Assembly (NCBI GenBank): GCA_047495785.1
Contig: JBLDXI010000017.1
Span: 1,488,001 to 1,552,000 of the forward strand
DNA from: Lepidodermella squamata
Taxonomy: Eukaryota; Animalia; Gastrotricha
Direction of reading: 5' to 3'
DNA length: 64,000 bases
Below are positions 60,759 to 64,000 of this stretch, in pieces (position 1 is the first letter of the stretch; each line of letters starts with the position of its first letter). The notes beneath the pieces were generated by a model that was not told where the DNA came from, searched no databases, and saw nothing but the letters and a program-made list of their open reading frames with translations. A program made the position numbers and the translations under genes.

Positions 60759-62188
60759 ACAGTTGTGAATGATACTTAAATATTATGAACGAGGGAGACG
60801 ACGCCATTGAAAGATCATCCCATTGTACAAATCCGCCCTAATCTACTTAACGTTGTTGGTGAAGATGACAATTTTTTCTTATTGTTAGCTGGGAGAAAGA
60901 ACGCCGATTATTTTACGCCTCTCTTTTCGTTGGCTTTGCATTTTATTTTTGTTTCTGTACTTGTTCCATCATAATTCCGGTTGAGAAAAATTGTATGCTT
61001 GAATTATGTGAAGAGGATGATGATGAAAAAAAATATAACGAAAATTTGTTATTGCGGTATGTCGACACGACTGATATACACACTTATTCATCGAGCTGTA
61101 AATAAAAATGAAGAAGAAACCCCGGCAATATCTATGTGTCACAATCATGAGTAATTTGTCACTGTAGAAAAACGGACCAATTTCTTTGTTTCGTCCTCAA
61201 ATGCGTTTTCGTTGACTATAGCAAAGTTGTGGTTATTCTCTTCCTGATTAATAATTTTCTACCACTGTCGTATAAGTTTTGTGTAAAAAATCGTATATAA
61301 TAATTATCGATGATATGTGCCAGTGAGTGTTCTTACGATTGATAATTCTATTTTTTGGCCTTTTATATGTGTAGCAAATGCCCTGTGTTATTTTGCTGAA
61401 ATGAAAACAAAAAACGGTTTCAGAAGCGAGAAATTATTAAAAAATAGATGCGGTTCAATTAATAATAAAGACTTATATTATACAAATTTCTATACACCTT
61501 ACCCAAGAGACTCGAAAACTATGATTTTAATCCAGTGAAAATGTGCATTTCACGCCGATGATACATTCACACCTTGATATAAATATTTTTCTTCTTCACG
61601 CTCGCGCCGCTATGATCCTTTTCCTTTGACGACGCAGAAATGATAGGAAAACTTAGCTACATTATATTATTATTGTAATATTTATCTGCTTTTAAATTTC
61701 TGTTAAAACTATTTGAGAAAATTATATCTATATATGTATACTATTGGTGGATGAGGCTTATTTCAGACCGGCTAAAATGATAATGAAATAAAGGAGAGAA
61801 CTATTGAAAAATCAGGTGTTTTTGCCAAATTTAATTGAGCATTGCATTTTTTGGATGACACATCGAATTTCAAGTGTTATGGTTGTTTATTTTCCCACGC
61901 CAGTCATAAACCGTGGCCGGTGATATTGCTTTATTGAAGATCAGCGCAGGAGCCAGACGAAAAACAATTGCTTCATTCACTGGATTGGCGCGTAGAGAAA
62001 TTTCTGGTTTTTTATTGTAGTATTATTTGTTTCACTCTGCAGCTGGTATGAAATGTATTACTTTTTAATGAAAGCGTTTTATACTTGATATCATAACCTT
62101 ATCACGCAGTAAAAAACGCAGGCGCAGAGTACTAATATATTTGCGTTATTTTCGCTCGCTCTCAACGGTATACACAATACCCGAGCGA

Positions 62189-62345
62189 TGAATCATGGCG
62201 CAGAGAAGCTCGCGTGCGCCAGCACAAAAAACTACTATATAGAGCGAGTACTAGGGCGCGTAGTGTGAGCGCATGATTCACGCTGCACAGCAACGTCACA
62301 AAACATGAGTCAGTGGGGGTGCAGAGTTGCAATAAAACTATAAGA
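62189..62345 (+). promoter_or_regulatory. AP-1/CRE-rich promoter with TATA-like element upstream of the third bZIP gene
   Basis: TGAATCA 62189, TGATTCA 62274, ACGTCA 62293, TGAGTCA 62306-62312, TATAAGA ~62339. Confidence 0.55.
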
Positions 62346-62642
62346 GAACCGCGCTAATATGCGGACCCTCGCCGAAATCCTGGTTATGAAATCATGAAAC
62401 CCAAATATAATTTTTCATTTTTTTACACATGTCTTAGGTCGGTATGTGTAGGCCATTTAATTATACAGCACGAATCTACTAACGGATTAATGCTAATGTT
62501 GACACCTTATCATTTAATAGCAATGTAACTTTTCTTATAGAAATGAATCACTCCGCCTTGAAATAATATTCACTTCAATTTAACTTTTCAATTAACCCGC
62601 TATATTTTTAGACATTTTATCAAATTATAACATGCAGCAAGA

Positions 62643-63655
62643 ATGATTATGGCAGAGTTTCCACCACCGACGTCTGGTCCTTACCAGCCTGTCTACCAGC
62701 AACAGTCATCGACTGTAGTTGGAGATTATGCTGGTGATTCGAATTCCAATTCGAATTTTATTACTAATTACTACCCATTGGAAAATAATAATCAATATCA
62801 AGGCAATCAGCCATGGCAACAATCGTCATTTCCGATTTATGCCGATCAACAGCAGCAACAATACGTTCAACCTCATCCTCATCATCAGGCCGAGTCTCAT
62901 TTAGATGCTTTCGAACAACCGCCGTATTACGTTTACCACGGCGGCTATGAACCTATTGCTCCAAATTCCGCGTGTTCGGCCGACGCCAACATGGTCGAAT
63001 TTTTTGCTAGTAACAACGAAGAAGTGTCTCAATTAGCCGCGAACTGTAATCATAATGCCAATTACGATCTATCATCAACCACCGGTGCTCAGCATTTATT
63101 ACAACCACCGCAGTCTTATATTGTTAGTAATCCCATGGCTCAGGCGGCCGTACCGTCATCATCGATCTTGGTCAACGCGAGCTTGTCATCACCTCCACCG
63201 CCGCTATCTCACTTCCCTCGAACCTCTGCTGATGTTAATATTAATTCACCGCCAGTGTTATTCGCACAGGGCGTTAAATCTCATGTGGCCCATCATCGGA
63301 ATAGTAACAGTTCGAACAGCAATAATAGTAGCGGTGGGATTTTCGACAATCCTATCAAACTGAGCCGGCTTGAAGCCAGGCGAAAACGAAACCGTGAAGC
63401 AGCCCAGCGCTGCCGAACCAATCGTATTGAAACAATCAAACGGCTTGAACAGGTTAGAAAATCCTTCTTAATTGTCTAAATAATCTATAAATGCCTTAAT
63501 TTTTCTAGGATAAAGCCGAATTAGCAGCCGAAATTGAAGGTTTGCGCGCTATTATTGCCAAGCTGGATCCTCAAGTCAAGCAGCTCGGTGAGACTTGCTC
63601 GCAAGTTATGTCTGATGACGCTCATTCATGCGTTGTTCCATTTTCTAAACACTGA
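62643..63655 (+). CDS. Fos/ATF3-like bZIP; exons 62643-63452 and 63509-63655
   Basis: RLEARRKRNREAAQRCRTNRIETIKRLEQ/DKAELAAEIEGLRAIIAKL...AHSC; Q/N/P-rich N-terminus. Confidence 0.82.
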
Positions 63656-64000
63656 AGTCATCATTATTGAAGTCCATTACTTATTTTTCAAACACTGCTA
63701 TCTTCGCCCATCTTTGTGTCTCGGTTATTTTTCTTCCGAAAAAAATCTGAATAATTTTTCTACTTTAAATATGTGTATTTTGTTGCGATTATTTTTTCGC
63801 TCTATCAGTCATTGCCGGTGGCCGTCACAATAAATTCAAAGAAAAACCATGTTTTCATCTTCGAAAGTCTATTGCCTTTCATTCATTCTATTCAAAAAAA
63901 TTTATTAATCGCATCAACTATAAAATGTTGTTGTACTTAATTGAAAGGTATTTTCTTCTGAAAATGCATCGCTTATTACTTATTTCTGGATGTGAAAAAT

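Overview
Gene-dense animal genomic DNA with mostly ~50-60 nt GT-AG introns. It is probably from a protostome, because it carries bantam-family miRNAs; the species cannot be named from this window. Gene order: AKT 5' end (-), EAPP (+), DDX28-like helicase (+; its 1.9 kb intron holds Helitron and hAT debris), four bantam-like miRNA hairpins (+), TIS11/ZFP36 (-), KIF23 (-), ASPP (+), ALG9 (+), seven tandem FBXO28-like genes (+; an 814-bp hAT-type MITE sits between copies 1 and 2), a claudin-like gene with an enlarged first loop (-), a fucosyltransferase-like gene (+), an ankyrin/SOCS-box gene (+), LRRC74-like (+), CCDC170-like (-), GID4 (+) and three bZIP genes, two of them Fos-like (+). The most interesting signals are: (1) FBXO28 duplicates that replaced the coiled-coil/basic tail with a hydrophobic tail-anchor-like helix and are mosaic; (2) a four-copy bantam cluster, missed by the ORF track, with long loops and one seed variant; (3) repeated operon-like spacing with apparently unpaired splice acceptors, suggesting polycistronic transcription with SL trans-splicing. 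All family assignments come from motif recognition by eye; no database search was run.
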